Positions 12,105-29,212 of a stretch of 64,000 nucleotides of DNA are shown in pieces (within the stretch, counting starts at the first letter, position 1; each line of letters begins with the position of its first letter). The stretch comes from the human T2T-CHM13v2.0 reference genome, Homo sapiens, in the NCBI RefSeq assembly GCF_009914755.1, contig NC_060934.1; one strand, written 5' to 3'. The translations under genes were made by a program, and so were the position numbers. The notes under the pieces are model-generated. The model ran no database searches, had not been told where the DNA came from, and saw only the letters and a program-made list of their open reading frames with translations.

Positions 12105-12590
12105 GGATTTTATTAATGATTCATTTGACTGCAAGTGAAGGAAACCTAACTTGAACTAGCTTAAATTGAAAGACAGAAGTGATTGGATCATAGATTGTAG
12201 AGTTGGACAACAAAGCTATAGGAAAGGTCAGAAGACTGAGAACTGGAGCCCCAAATGCACTAGGCATCTCTCCACCTCCCTCATCTCTCTTCTCTTCGTG
12301 TGGCCTATTCTTCCTCAGTAAAGACTCACCCTCTCCCCAAGACAGCAAGCATGACCTCCCCCAGCTCCCAAGTGTCACATCTTACAGCTCAGTGCCCTGC
12401 AGAGGAGCTGCCTCTCTTTTCAAGTCCTAAGACCAAGGTGTCAGAGAAGGTTTCTGGCCCAGTTTGATGCTGGCCATCTTACGTTTACAGTTAGGATTAT
12501 GGTTAGGGTTCAAGTTAGGGTTAGAGTTAGGGTTAGGGTTAAGAGTTCCTGAGATAACTGTCTGTGAAATTGATGGGGGCAGGGGGAGTG
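12105..12590 (-). mobile_element. Old MaLR LTR (MLT1K/L-like)
   Basis: ctgcaagtgaaggaaacctaacttgaactagcttaa...cagctcc...cacatcttacagct...ctggcccagtttg. Confidence 0.55.
12485..12544 (+). repeat. Degenerate (TTAGGG)n interstitial telomere-like tract
   Basis: Ten in-phase TT-led hexamers, four of them perfect TTAGGG. Confidence 0.8.
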
Positions 12591-15074
12591 GAGGGAGGTT
12601 AAGGGGACTGGGGAATGAACCCAAAGATGCAAAGAGTTCTCTCTTGAGCATAGACCTCATCAGATTCATCCCCACATCACCCAGCACAATTAGCCACACT
12701 CAGCACACATTAGGCACTACAAGCATACAGCTGGTTCTGGACAGGATATGTGTCAATCAATCAAGCATTCTAGCAAATTGCCTCTTATTTCTTCACATGC
12801 TGGGGGAACCCACCATTTCAAATAACCCTGTTAAATTCCTCTGTGAAGCAGGCTTTCTTTAGCTAAATGCTCACAGCAGGATTTGCTTAAAATGGGGCAT
12901 GCCTGTAGTCTCAGTTCCTGGGGGAAACCTTTGATTTGCCTGACAACCCACTGAGATAGGCAAGGATGCTACAAGGGCAAATGGTTAGTGGCTGTGAAAG
13001 CTTTCCATGACCTTTAAGTGGTATAGAAATGTGGGACCTCACCGTGACTATTATGATTATCCTTATTTCGTCTCTTCTTTGAAGAGCTTTACACTGTAAT
13101 TTTGGAAGTGGAATTGGAGACACTTCTCCAACAATTCAACCTCATACTACTCCACCAGAGCTCAGTCCTGGGTCTCAGAGCATCATTTCTCACTGGCCTA
13201 TCGCTTCTATTAAATGCAACATAAAGAGGTTTCCACAGCCAGAGGCCTTCTTGGATGGGAATAAAGGCAGGCACCAAGGCAGGGGCTTCTGAGGAACGTT
13301 TAAGCATCACTAAACTACTCCCAGCATAGCCCTTTCTACCCCAAACGTAGTGCTTCCTGGGACACCTAACTCTATGCACAGCCCTGAGCTGGATGCTGGT
13401 TTCCCAGGAAGCTCACAGTTTGGGGGGAGGCAGTACATCTAGCTGTCTGTGACTCCAGGCAGCAGAGGGACGGAGAATCCCCAGGGCAGGGGACTAGGAA
13501 GATGCTGTGGAAAGGACCCCAGGTCTGACCTTGGGAGAAAGGTGATGAGCAATCTAATGATGCAGCCAACCCTGGCAATCTCAAGCCTTCCCCAACTAAC
13601 ACCTGGTTTCTAGGCCTCTTGCAGCTGCACAAGGGTCCTCATCGTTTTTCCCCAAAATTATTTTTCTTCCCTACCTTTTTTCTCCCTTTCTTCAGATTCT
13701 CTCTCCTTACTTCCTGGTTTCTCTCCCTGCCTTCAAAGTCCACCTCTATCCCAACCACTCTCTCATACTCGGTCTTCTGCAGAGACCCCTCCCCTCTGTC
13801 TTCACTTGCTCTGCTGGGCCACAATAAAATGTACTTAGCTCATAGAGCTTTTGTCATAAATCTGTCTCTCTGGAGGCTCAATCATTTTTATTGCTCTACT
13901 GTGAACATCCTGTCATTCTTCTCCATGTTTCAGACATTGGCAAGCTTGGAACTCACAGCATTTTTCCCGGATACTTCTCACTGGAGACCTGCCGATTGCT
14001 TTCTGCCTTTGCACTGTGAGGCCTCCCCAGACAATTATCTTAATCCCATCATGACTTTGGCAGTCACCCCAAAAAAGCAGTTAGGGTCAAAATCCGTATT
14101 ATTAACTGGGAGTCTCTTGGGACCTTAGCACTCCCATCCTTCCTTCCTCCTCATTCCCATTGCCAGCAGGTCTCCAGGAGCCCAAGAAACCATGGCTGAA
14201 CAAAAAATGGTGTGGATGGCCACTCTGAAGCCCCTCACCCCAGAGGGGGCTGAGACTCTAATATGTCAGAGAAAATGCTGCACTGGAGTCAAGAGGCTTT
14301 GCAATACTTACGATACATAAAAACGTTGGAGAATAGGCAATAGTGATCAAAAGGAAATGAAACCTTTTGGGGGTGGGTTATATATGACAATTGTAAATAC
14401 ACATGGATTGTCTGAAGTCCATGAACTCAATGGAAAGAATACAGGTCATTAGGGCCTTGAGGATGTGCCAACAAAAGGGGGAAAAGGAAAAGTGGGTCTG
14501 ACTGTTTTTATTCTTGCCATCTCAGGACTGAAGTGGGCTGTGAACCCATTGGACACAAGGATTCCAATATAGGTTTGTCTGTTCCTGTACCTTTCCCATT
14601 TCCCTGTTTTATAATAAACTATCAGATGAGAAAAACTACACATAAATGCGGTTATTCAAACTTGGATGAGAACCAACTATGGTCTAATTAGTTCTACCTT
14701 AGAGAAAAGTCCAGGGAAGAGTTTGGGAAAGATTTGTGCTATGGACAAAGAAGGAAGTCAAATAAAAGTATGTAGGAGTTCGTCAGGCCTAAATGAAATC
14801 TTTGCACTCCAGAGACCATGGTTTTACCCACTAACTTGGATTGAAATTAGCCTAGATTATAAGTCATGTGGTCACACATCCACACTGTCCTGCCCATTCT
14901 ACTGATTGGCATCACTGCCTGGGAGAACCTTGGTCCAGGAGGCCAGTATCAGTCAGCTTAGTTGCAGAACTCTTTTATCAGTTTGATGCTTAGATGCCCT
15001 ATCTGCCGACTTATTGCCAAAGAGGGTTGGACTCTCCTGGAGGGGGATTAGTTGGAGTAGAGCAGGGAGTAAAT

Positions 15075-15528
<454 letters not shown>

Positions 15529-15740
15529 AGTTCCCAGGATATTTTCTAAAATCAGATGACCCCCAAAGGTAAAATTGAAAGTTTGTTCTTCCTTATATCT
15601 GTTCCTCTCCCTTTGCACTCCCAGCTATAGAATCATTGATACAATACAACACCAAACCCTTAAAATGTAATTCAAAGTAAAAGATAAATAGGTTTTAGCA
15701 AAAGTGGGGACACTGTTCAGTCAAATCCACTCACTATTTC

Positions 15741-16028
15741 TTTTTTTTTTTTGAGACGGAGTCTCACTTTGTTGCCCAGGCTGGAGTGCACTGGCACAAT
15801 CTCAGCTCACTGCAACCTCCACATCCCAGGCTCAAGCAATTCTCCCTGCCTCAGCCTCCCGAGTAGCTGGGACTACAGGCGCCTGCCACCACATGTGGCT
15901 AATTCTTTTAGTAAAGATGGGGTTTCACCATGTTGACCAAGCTGGTCTTGAACTCCTAACCTCAGGTGATCCACCCTCCTTGACTCCCAAAGTGCTGGGA
16001 TTACAGGCGTGAGCCACCATGCCTGGCC
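15741..16028 (-). mobile_element. AluS (Sx/Sq-like)
   Basis: Two-arm Alu. TSD CCACTCA(c/g)TATTTC at 15727 and 16029. Confidence 0.95.
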
Positions 16029-17997
16029 CCACTCAGTATTTCATAGTGAAGAACTAAACAGCAGTTTCTGTTAGGTATAAACAAGATTAAATCAATTAGC
16101 ACAATAACCATGCAAATATTTTCAGAAAAGAAAAGAACAAACCAAATTTTAAAAACTCCAGTCTGGAGGAAAATAAATTAAAATTCAAATAACAGAGAAC
16201 ATTTCCCCCATTATGATGAAGCCTAATTTTAAAAAAAAAACAAATAAGTGTATCAAAATAAGGGCCTAAAGACAAGATGATAAAGCAATAGAACAACAAC
16301 TACTACTTCCAGCCAAAATGAAAGCACAGGGAATAGATTTATCCTCCTACCTGAAATAACCAAAAAATAAATAAATAAAATATATGAAACAATGGTTTTC
16401 AAGACATGGGACAGGTGACAAAGGACAGTCATTCCTAAAAGATGGGGAACAAATAAGATGAGTCTTACAATTGCCCCAGGATACTGCCTGGAGAGAGATT
16501 CCAGGCCTGGAAATAGTTCCTGTCCTTACCAGTCAGAACTCACAAGTCTGACTTCTGACTTAAATAGAGTACTTAAAAAGGATTCTGCTTTATTATTTGG
16601 GCAAAATTAGCTTAAGACTAAATGTTGCTCTGGTCATACCTAACAAAGCTTAGAAGCAAAACCTGATAGGATTGAGTTTCGAAAACACTCAGCTGCATTT
16701 CAGAACAACGTTCAATAGTATACGTAGGAATATAAAACTATGTGGCACTCAATAAGATAAAGTTTAAAAGGTCTAGAAACTGATCAAAAATTGTCAAAGA
16801 AGCCAGTGAAAGAAATCCATATTAAAGAGAAAATTTGATCAATCAGAACTGATCTAGAAATGATACAGATAATAGAATTTGTATATAAGAACATGAAAGC
16901 AGTAATTATAACTGTATTCTGTGTGTTCAAGAAACTGAAGTAAAAAGATATGGAGACTGGTGATATTTTTAAAAAAGACCAAAATCAGACTTCTAGAGAT
17001 AAAAACTACAATGTCTAAAATGAAAAGTACATTAGATGAGATTAACAGCAGATAAATCATCACAAGAAAAAGCTCCATAAACTTTAAAATATAGAAATAG
17101 AACCTATTCAAACTTAAACACGAAGAAATAATACTAAAAAAATATATAAGGCGTGACTAAGCCGTGGGACAAACTCAAGCAACCTAGTAGATGTGTAATT
17201 GGACTCTGATAAGGAAGTAGAAGGGAGTATTTGAAGAGTCAATAATGGCCACAACATAGATACATTTGACAAAAACTATAATCACACAATTCAAGAAGTT
17301 CAACAAACTCCAAGCACAGAAAACATGAAGAAAAATACACCAAGCTGCATGGTAATAAAATTGCTTAAAATCAGTGATAAAGAGAAATTCTAAAAGCAGC
17401 CAGATATGAGGCAAGAGTACATTATTTATAGAGAAATAAAGAAAATGACAGATTTCTTATATGAAACAATGTGAACCAAAAGAGATGGAGCAACATCTTT
17501 AAAGTACTGAAAAAAGGAACTGCCAATTTATAATTCTACACTGCAAAATTATCCTTTGAAAGGAAGACAAAGTAAAGACTTTTTCAGACAAACAAAAGCA
17601 GAAGGATTCATCACAATTTGATGTTTCTACAGCATATAGGGAGAAAAAAACCATTCAGGCAGAAGGAAAATGACACCATAAAGAAATTGTGATCTGCACA
17701 AAGAAATAAAGTGTACTGGAAATGATAAATGATAACTAATATTTTTTCTAATAATAAAATACTTTCTTCTCATTATTTAAATCTATTTAGAAGACAATTG
17801 ACTGTTAAAACAGAACTAATCACAATGTATTATGTGATAAGTTACAGATGTGTATACTACAAACCCTAAAAGCAAGAATAAAGCAAGACTGAAATAACAA
17901 AATAAGTAGATAAAGAGGCATGGGTAATAAGGCAACAAGGTGATAAAATAAAATAATAAAAATGCTCAGTTAATTCAGAAGAAGGCAGATAAAAAGA

Positions 17998-20005
<2,008 letters not shown>

Positions 20006-22164
20006 AAAGAGTAAAGCGGGGGAAAGAACAGATGGGATGAATAGACTGTAAAGAGGAAGACAGTTGATTCAAACCCAACCATGTCAGTAATCACATTATG
20101 TGCAAAAGGTCTAAACTCTCCAGATAAAGAGAAATTGTCAGACTCAATGAAAAAAAGCAAGATCCAATATATGCTACCTACAAGAAATCCACTTTACATA
20201 TAAAGACATAAATAAGTTAAAAATAAAAGGATAAAAACAAACACTAGTCGTAAGAAAGTTGAAGTGACTCTATTAAAATCAGACAAAATAGATTTCAGAG
20301 CAAAGAATGCTACCAAAGAAAAGAGGATCATGTCTTAATGATGACAGGGTCAATTAATCAAAAGGACATACAAATTCTAAACACTTACACACATAATAAC
20401 AGAGCTTCAAATATGAAGCACAGACTGATAGACCTTCCAGAGAAATAAACAAATCTGCAATTATAGTCAGAAATTTTATACTGTCTCAATAGTTAGTAGA
20501 ACAAGTACACATAAAACTAACAGAGAGAGAAGACACTGAAAATATTATCAACTAACTTGACCTTATGACATTTAAAGAACACTCCACCAACAGAAGAATG
20601 CTCATTCTTTTCAAGTACGTATAAAACACTTACCAATACAGACCCTATTCTGGACCAAAAAATGTCTCAATAAATTTTAAAGGATTTAAAGTATGTTTTA
20701 TGGTTACAATGGAATTAAATAAGAAACAGGCTACAGAAATATCTAAAAATCCCCCAATATACTGAAATTAAATAATGCATTTTAAAACGATCTATTGGTC
20801 TAAGAACAAAAGAAAATTAGTAAGATGAGAATAAAAACACAAACTTCCAGAAAATTGAAGAAAGAACCCTTAAAATGACATTTCTAGAAAATAAAATGAT
20901 ACATTATTATCTTTTATGAACATAAATGCAAAACTTTATAACAAAAATTTTATCAAACTGAATCCAATAATATGCAAAAGGGATCACGCATCACGATTGG
21001 TGAGGTTTATGCCAGGAATGCAAAGTTGGTTTAACATTTAAAAAGCAATCACCAGGTTAACAAACTGAAAAGAAAAAAGAAAAAAACAGTATCATCTCAA
21101 TACATACAGAAAAGATATTGACTAAATGCAATATCCATACCTGATAAAAATCTATAGCAAAGTATCAACAGGAGGGGATATCCTCAACCTGACAAAAAGC
21201 ATCAACAAAAAAACTTACTGCTAACACTATACTAAGTGGTGCAAGACTGAATGCTTCCCCTTAAAACCAGGAACAAGTTGAGATTTTCCGCTTTCATTGC
21301 TTTCTTTCAATATTGTCCTATAGGTTCTCATCAATGCAATAAGGCAAAAAAAGAAAAGAAATAAATGGCATCTAGATTGGAAAGGAAGAAGCAAAACTGT
21401 CATTAAGTGAAGATGACTTAACAGTCTATGTAGAAAATCTGGTAGAAAGAAAACCTACTAGAACGAATAAGTGAATTTAGTTACAAAATATAAGACCAAT
21501 GTTCAAAATTCAATGTATTTCTATTTACTAACAACAAACAATAGAAAATAGAAGTTTAAAAATATTATTTGTAATAACAAAAAATATGAAATGTTTAGAG
21601 AAAAAATCTGAGGAATTGTGCAAAACATATATAAACTGAAAGCTACAAACATTGCTGAGAGAAATTAAAGGAGACAAATAAATGCAGAAAGACACTTACC
21701 AAAGGAGATACATGAGGGGCTACTATGCACATGAAAAGATGCTCAGCACCATTAGAGAAACTCAAATTAAAACCACAATGAGATACAACTACACACCTAT
21801 TCAAACATCCATAATTGAAAAGATTGACCATATCAAGTATTGGCAAGAATGTGAAGTAAAAAAATCTCAAACGCTACCAGTAGGAAGGTAAAATGGTACT
21901 TCCACTTTTAAAAACAGTTTGGAAGTTTCTTAGAAAAGTTAAATATATATCCACTATATGACCTAGCCATTCCACTCCTAGGCGTTTCCCAGGGGAAGTG
22001 AAACTTTATATCCATACAAATAATTATACATTAAAGTTTGCAGCAATTTTACTTATAATAACCCAAAATTATAAACAATCCAAATGTCCACCAACAGGTG
22101 AATATATAAGCAAATTGTGGTATATCCATATGATGGAATACTATTTAGCAATAAAGAGGGATGA

Positions 22165-22725
<561 letters not shown>

Positions 22726-22859
22726 TCATTACATCAATTGATTTATTGTTTTTATGAGGTATTCGTATGCCAAAGTTTATCAATTTGTCACTTTAAATCC
22801 ATACAGCTGTTTGTATGTCAATTATATCTCTATAAAGCTATTTTTAAAAGCAAAGAGCA

Positions 22860-24680
22860 ATAGGAAAAGGGAGCTCCAGAGCCAACAAAACAAAATGAGA
22901 GCAAACAATATAATAATGTTAGTGAATCAATAAATAAATCATAAAAAATTAAGAACGTAATAAACATAGATGAAAAATTAATTCCTGAGGTCAGGGAAAG
23001 ATTTGAAAATATGCCACCAAGTTGTACAACACCAGGGAGCCCCATTCACATCATCTTAGCCCCTAATGTGAACAGAGCACACTGGGGTTACACAGCCCAC
23101 AGCCCTCACGTCCCTATGCGACACCTCTGCTGCAGATGAGCACAGTGAAGGCACAGGACAAACACAAGAAGGTCAAAGAACATAGTGGGATGTTCATGGA
23201 TTTGGAGGACAAAATTGACCTTCTATTAAAATAACTGATGCTTTCATACTAGAAAGCATAATAGATGAAACAGAAATATAATAAAGATAGAAATCTTAAA
23301 TTCATGAAAAGAGAAATAATGGGATTTGCTGATTAAAAAGCACACTGTTCCCAAGGGGCTTGGGAATGGGAGGCAGGGAGATGGTACAGAAAAATCAACA
23401 TCAAGACATAACCTAGTAATACTGTTGAACTTTAAGAACAAGGAAATAACTCTTCAGGAGTCAGAGTAGAAAAGGAAGTGATCAGTAAACCAAGCTGTAC
23501 TCAGAATCTTTGGTAACAATTCCAGAAGACAGTGGAGGAATATATTCAAAATTCTGATGGAAAGAAAATGTATACCAATATTATTATACCCAGCCAAGAT
23601 GTCATTCAAGAATAGAGGCCACTGAAAGATATCTCTACATATGAAAAAATTGAAGGAATTATAGTACTCATGATCTCTTGCAGAAAAGCTATTTGTTGAT
23701 GAAATTCAGCTAGTAGTGGTAGAAATTCAGTGGTAGAGACTATTGTCCCCCCAGTGGGTGTTTCCTTCTTCTTCAGTCACAAGAACTCTGATATTTTCCT
23801 GGGCTCATTCTCACCCACCTATAAGACCACCTTCCATAGCCTCCCTTGCAATTAGCTATGGTCAAGTAATGAAGTCTTAGCCAATGGTGTGTAAGCAGAA
23901 GTTATGTATGCCACCAGCAGGAAGTCTAATTAAAAGGAAGGAAGCTTTCATCCATCCTGTTGCCTACAAGGCAGATGGGATGGGTAGAGTTTTAGCACCA
24001 TCCATCTTAAACCATGAGAACAAAGCCTGAACCAAACGTTGGTAGAGAAGTTAACTAAAAGGAATTAGACTGTCAGGTGATTTTGTGGATCTTCCAAACC
24101 TTCCCTAGACTGCTACCTCCAAACTTATTTTATGGGAAAAAGAAATAAGCTTTTATTTGGCTGAAGCCACCATTTGTTGTTGTTAGACACAGTGGAATCA
24201 AACTCTGACCAATACATCAGTCAACTAACAGATACATCGAAACAAACTTTACATGGGTCTAGTGAAGGAAGCTGTGGATGAGAAGGACTAGTTTTAAGCT
24301 GAGTCTATTAAATTTTTCCCTAAGACTTAAAAACAGACATAATTGTGCCTACAGAAGAGATAGAGATGTTATACAGTCTAAAATGTAAAAATAATAATAT
24401 AAGTAACAACATCAGCAATGAGAAGAGAGAGATGGGAGAAGTGTAGGGGTGCTGTCCTCATCTTTCTGAGCAGGACATCAATAAATACTGTATAAATTTA
24501 AAATATGTCATTTAAAACTGGCTACTGGCTCCAACCTCCTCATATTTTCTGTAATCCCTTAGAGGGAATCTGTTAGAAAATAATACCATCTTGTGCTGAA
24601 GAAATATTTATCTAAATAGATCATTCCTTCCATTTCACTTTAGTTTCTTTTTCTTCCTTTAAGTGAAAATAAAATTTAAT
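22860..24680 (+). mobile_element. HAL1 or old L1ME ORF1-like remnant, interrupted by an MLT1 LTR
   Basis: ccagaagacagtggaggaatatattcaaaattctga...tacccagccaagatgtcattcaag, plus a downstream HAL1-like 3' region. Confidence 0.55.
23730..24216 (+). mobile_element. MLT1J-like MaLR solo LTR
   Basis: agcctcccttgcaattag...gccaatggtgtgtaagcagaagt...catcttaaaccatgag...ctgaccaataca. Confidence 0.75.
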
Positions 24681-25199
24681 TTTAAAACTTTATATTAAGT
24701 ATCTCAGGTTATATAACTCCACCTATATGTTCGTGTCTATATAGACTTCTATCAGGATATGCATATGGGTTGATTTCTGGGGATCACATCTTGTGGGGAT
24801 TATCTTTTTCTTAGTAGTCTTTTTAATTTCTTGAATTCTTTATAATGAGCATGTTTTATGTTTTTTTTAACATCAATGGGTTTAAAGTGAATATTCTGCT
24901 TTACTCATCTAATAAAATTACCCCAGGCATCCTTCAAAGTCACTGATTAATATTTCATAGCTGGGTGTACTTTTTATTTAAACATGCCCTTATACACGAA
25001 CATTCAGGTTTTTTAAACATCTTACCTCACTTTCTTACATCATGATTTCCTGATGTAAGATTTGCAAAATCTAGATTTCTAAAAACAGGCTTTTTGATTA
25101 TAATTGTATGTCAATTTTATCTCTATAAAGCTATTTTTAAACATATCCTTGTACATGAACACTCAGGTTTTTTAAACACTTAAATGTTAATAGTGAAAA

Positions 25200-25600
25200 G
25201 ATTGTGCCCTAATTACACATCTACCCAGCATGTATAAGAGTGCACACTTTCCCTCAACAGGAATGAATGCTACCAACACTTTTAGATTTTTGTCCATGTG
25301 GTTTAAAAACTGATATTTTGTTATTTTAATTTTAATTTCCTTGATTATTTGTTATGATGGCTTTTTTTTTTCCAAGTTATTGGTTATTTGAGGCTTTCCC
25401 TTGTCCATTTAGCGCGTAGGTTATTTGTCTTTTTCCAATCAATTTGTAAAAAGCTTCTTCTAGAGAAAGGCTATCAATTTTTTGTAATATATGTTATAAA
25501 TCTCTACTTCCAACATCTATCATATGTCTTTTGACTTTGCTTATGATATCTATTTCCAGACATAAGTGTTTAATTTTTATGTGGCATATATTACTCCTTT
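25200..25600 (-). mobile_element. Old L1ME fragment
   Basis: cccagcatgtataagagtgc...ttttaattttaatttccttgatta...ttttgactttgcttatg. Confidence 0.6.
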
Positions 25601-25692
25601 CATAATAGTGAGGTCATTTTTCTAATGCTCAAAACAAAGAAAAAAAAAAGCAATGTCCCTGCTCCATTGCATTCCCCCCACCCCACCCTTAA

Positions 25693-26014
<322 letters not shown>

Positions 26015-27189
26015 TAGCTTTTAATGTCCTCACTTCCCAGTGCTTAGTAAGCCCTTAGAGATGACCCCACACACAGCAGTAGTGAGGCTGTCCCATCCTG
26101 CTGGGGACACTGGATCCCTCACAAGGGCAATCTGCTCATAGTTACTGTCTCCTACACATCAGGTTGCCTCTTGTCTCTGAGCTTTGCCCCAGCTATTCCC
26201 CAGTCTTGGCCAAAGTCCACTTTAGCCTAAGGCTCTGTCCTCTAGGGAGGCTTCCCTGAATACCACCTACCTGTACACCAGGCTAGAGGACTTTCTCCTG
26301 GGATTCATCATCTTCTGCCTGCTGGTGTCCAGCTAGTGTGCACCTGGAAGCCCCCTGATGCATTGATTGGTCACAACCTGTGCCTTACCTGCTGTTATTT
26401 ATTTGTAATATCACTCCTGACCAGAGCGCATCTCTACTACCCTCATTATAATATTCTTTAGTTATCCGTCTCTAGTCACTGTGCCCTGGACCACCAGCTT
26501 CTTGAAGGCAGAGTTCTGTCTTGTTCTTCTTTGTGTGTCTAACTGCAGCACAGTGAGATGAAAGGATGAATGAAAGAGGAAAGTCCCCCGGAGGTTGTGA
26601 CACAGGTATGTCTGGAAAGATTCAGTGAAGGGCAGAGCTGGGACAAGGTGGCTTCTGAAAATTAGTGACAAATATACTTGATGTCTTTAAAAACCCTTAC
26701 TTTACCTTCCCAGCACCTCTATTTGCAAACACTTCACCATAAAAATAAACAAGACAAAAAACCAAAATAAGACACACACAGGTCATTGTTTCTCCTTTCT
26801 AGAATCATGTATGTTCTCAGCTATTCTTATTTTTCAAGTCACTCTCAATTTATCACACCTTTGGAGATCCTGAAGACCACCATGAAAGGACAATATAACC
26901 ATTGCACAGAAGAGAAGACTAAGCCTGGGAGAGGCCCGAGAAGTGACCAGGACCCTGAGATCTGGCATAATAAATCATAGGCTCGGGATCTGGAAACGAC
27001 TCGAAGGCAGCTTCTTGTCCAACGCTGTGCCTTCAGATGGATAAGGTACCGGATCTCAAAAGACCATCCCATAATAGCCTCCCCATTTTCTGGTTTGATA
27101 TTTCAAGTACCTTGGGATACGAGATGCCAGCAATCAGATATGCTCCAGTAATCAGAAGCAAATAGTTCTGCCTGGGAACTTTCAGCAGA

Positions 27190-27620
27190 TTGCCAAATGC
27201 CTCCTAATCTGGCCACCTTAATATAAATTGCCCTAAAATATTATTTTCTGAATACACAGTATCCAATAACAAATAGTATCTTTTTGTGAAATTAATTTCA
27301 ATTTAGCTTTAACTAATACTAAATTGCTATGGAATTACATATTACATACACATTACTACAGAAAGAAGTTCATCATGATTAATGTTATTACAGTGAACAC
27401 CAAAGGAATTAATAATGATTTGCAGTTATTATAAAGCGGTACTGGTGTAGGAAAAAAGGTTAAGTCTAATTAAATTCTGGCAACCACTTTAGGACTCTGC
27501 AGCAATGAGGATGCTGGGTTTTATGTTAATTAATTCTATATGAAAGGTTACTGAAGTGTTTTAATATTGTTCAAAGAGCCACATTTTTACTACCAGTGTG
27601 TGTGGTTTGTTGTGGTTTTT
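27190..27620. promoter_or_regulatory. Candidate homeodomain-rich enhancer
   Basis: Non-repeat AT-rich island with many TAAT/ATTA cores, TGATTAAT (27376), CTAATTAA (27466), TTAATTAATT (27526) and two TGTGGTT. Confidence 0.45.
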
Positions 27621-28502
27621 TTTTTTTCACAGTGACCTGCTAGCATGGGTAAGGCGTTAAATTCTTGGGAATTGATAGGTGTTGGGAAGCTGGGTGGTTT
27701 CTTATTCTGATGTCAGAGCCAGGCTTGGCGCTAGGGCCAGTGTCTCCCAGTTCCCTCCAGCGGCCTGTGCTTGGAAAATGGATGACTTTTCTTTGGAAAT
27801 GGATCTTGTGATTCCTGAGTTGCTTTCTGGGTTAGACATGGCTCCACAATTATCTTTTCACATGGGTGGAGTGAGCAGCCTAGGCATCCCAGAAGGGGCC
27901 CACCTTGCCCAAAATAGGACCCAGGGAACACAGGACCTGATACTTCACTCCTTTGGGTAGCAGCCAGAGGGGCGGAGCTCAGGATTTGGAAGGACCTGAA
28001 CATTCAGGTTTCATGATGGCTCCTTAACTCATTTCCTTTGTAACTCGAGGCAAGTCATTTAAATTCTGAGTCTGAATTTCCTCAGACTTCACAGTATTGT
28101 TTCCAGGATTAAATCAGAAAATAGATAAGAAGGAGAGGTGGGAAGCTCCACAAGCAAACAAATGAGTCCGGTTATTTGTGCCCCTCCCCTGGGTGATGTT
28201 CCACTCTTGACATGTCTCATTCCTACACCCAGTCTTACAAGCACCTCAAAGACAGGACCAGACTTGAAATTTAAGTATTGTTTCTATTTCATGCCACCCA
28301 GACATTTTAAATCTAATACTTTAGATAGTAAAGTTCGGTGGAAGTTTTTTTATTTTTTTAAGCAGATTTTTCCTATTACTCAATTGTTTAAGTTATCAAA
28401 GCACACAAGTTGGTATCTCTGGTTGTTTCATCTCTGCAAGCCAAGAGCATAGCTTAATGCTTGACACAGAGTAAAGGCTCAGTAAATTTTGATAGAAAGA
28501 AA

Positions 28503-28690
28503 GAATGGATGGATGGATGGATGGATGGATGAATGGATAAATGAATATATGGATGGATAGATGAACAGATGGATAGATGGACATTGGATGTATGGATGAA
28601 TGGATAGCTGAACAGATGGACAGATAGGCATTGGATGGACGGATGTATGGATGTATTGATGGATGGATGGATGGATGGATGAATGGATGG
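28503..28690 (+). repeat. (TGGA)n degenerate simple repeat
   Basis: Direct inspection. Confidence 0.95.
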
Positions 28691-29029
28691 TCATCTGGCC
28701 CTGATTTTGCCTTTATGACCCAATTCAGATGTAGCATTTATTATAACCCCATCAAGATCAAATCTGAATCCCAATCATAGCCTTGGTGATTATTCTGACA
28801 GTCTTGTGGGCATTGGTGGGAGCAGGGGAGGCTTTGGCAAATCTGCCTTCAACATTTCCTCTCCTGTGTACTGTTCCTCACACCCAAATGCCTCTTCATC
28901 ACCCAGCTTCAACTTGCTACTCAACTGCTCCTTTCTAATGTCATCAACCCTGGGAAGCCTTCCTGGACCACACACCCCAGTCCACAGTGGTCTTTCTCTC
29001 CTCTGAGCCCATAGAAATGGAATGCCTAG

Positions 29030-29212
29030 CCATGGGCTCTCAAACTTAGGAGGCATGAGAATCGCCTGGAGGGCTTGCTACAATACAGATTGTTGGGCCC
29101 CACCTTCAGAGTTTTTGATTCCATAGGTATGGGAAGGGGCTTGAGATTTCCATTTTAACAAGTCCCCATATGATGCTCTGGCTGCTGGCCTGGGGACCAT
29201 ACTTTTAGAACA
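29030..29212 (-). mobile_element. MER5A hAT-Charlie MITE
   Basis: ctctcaaactt...gaatcgcctggagggcttg...gggccccacc...gctgctggcctggggaccatactt. Confidence 0.85.
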
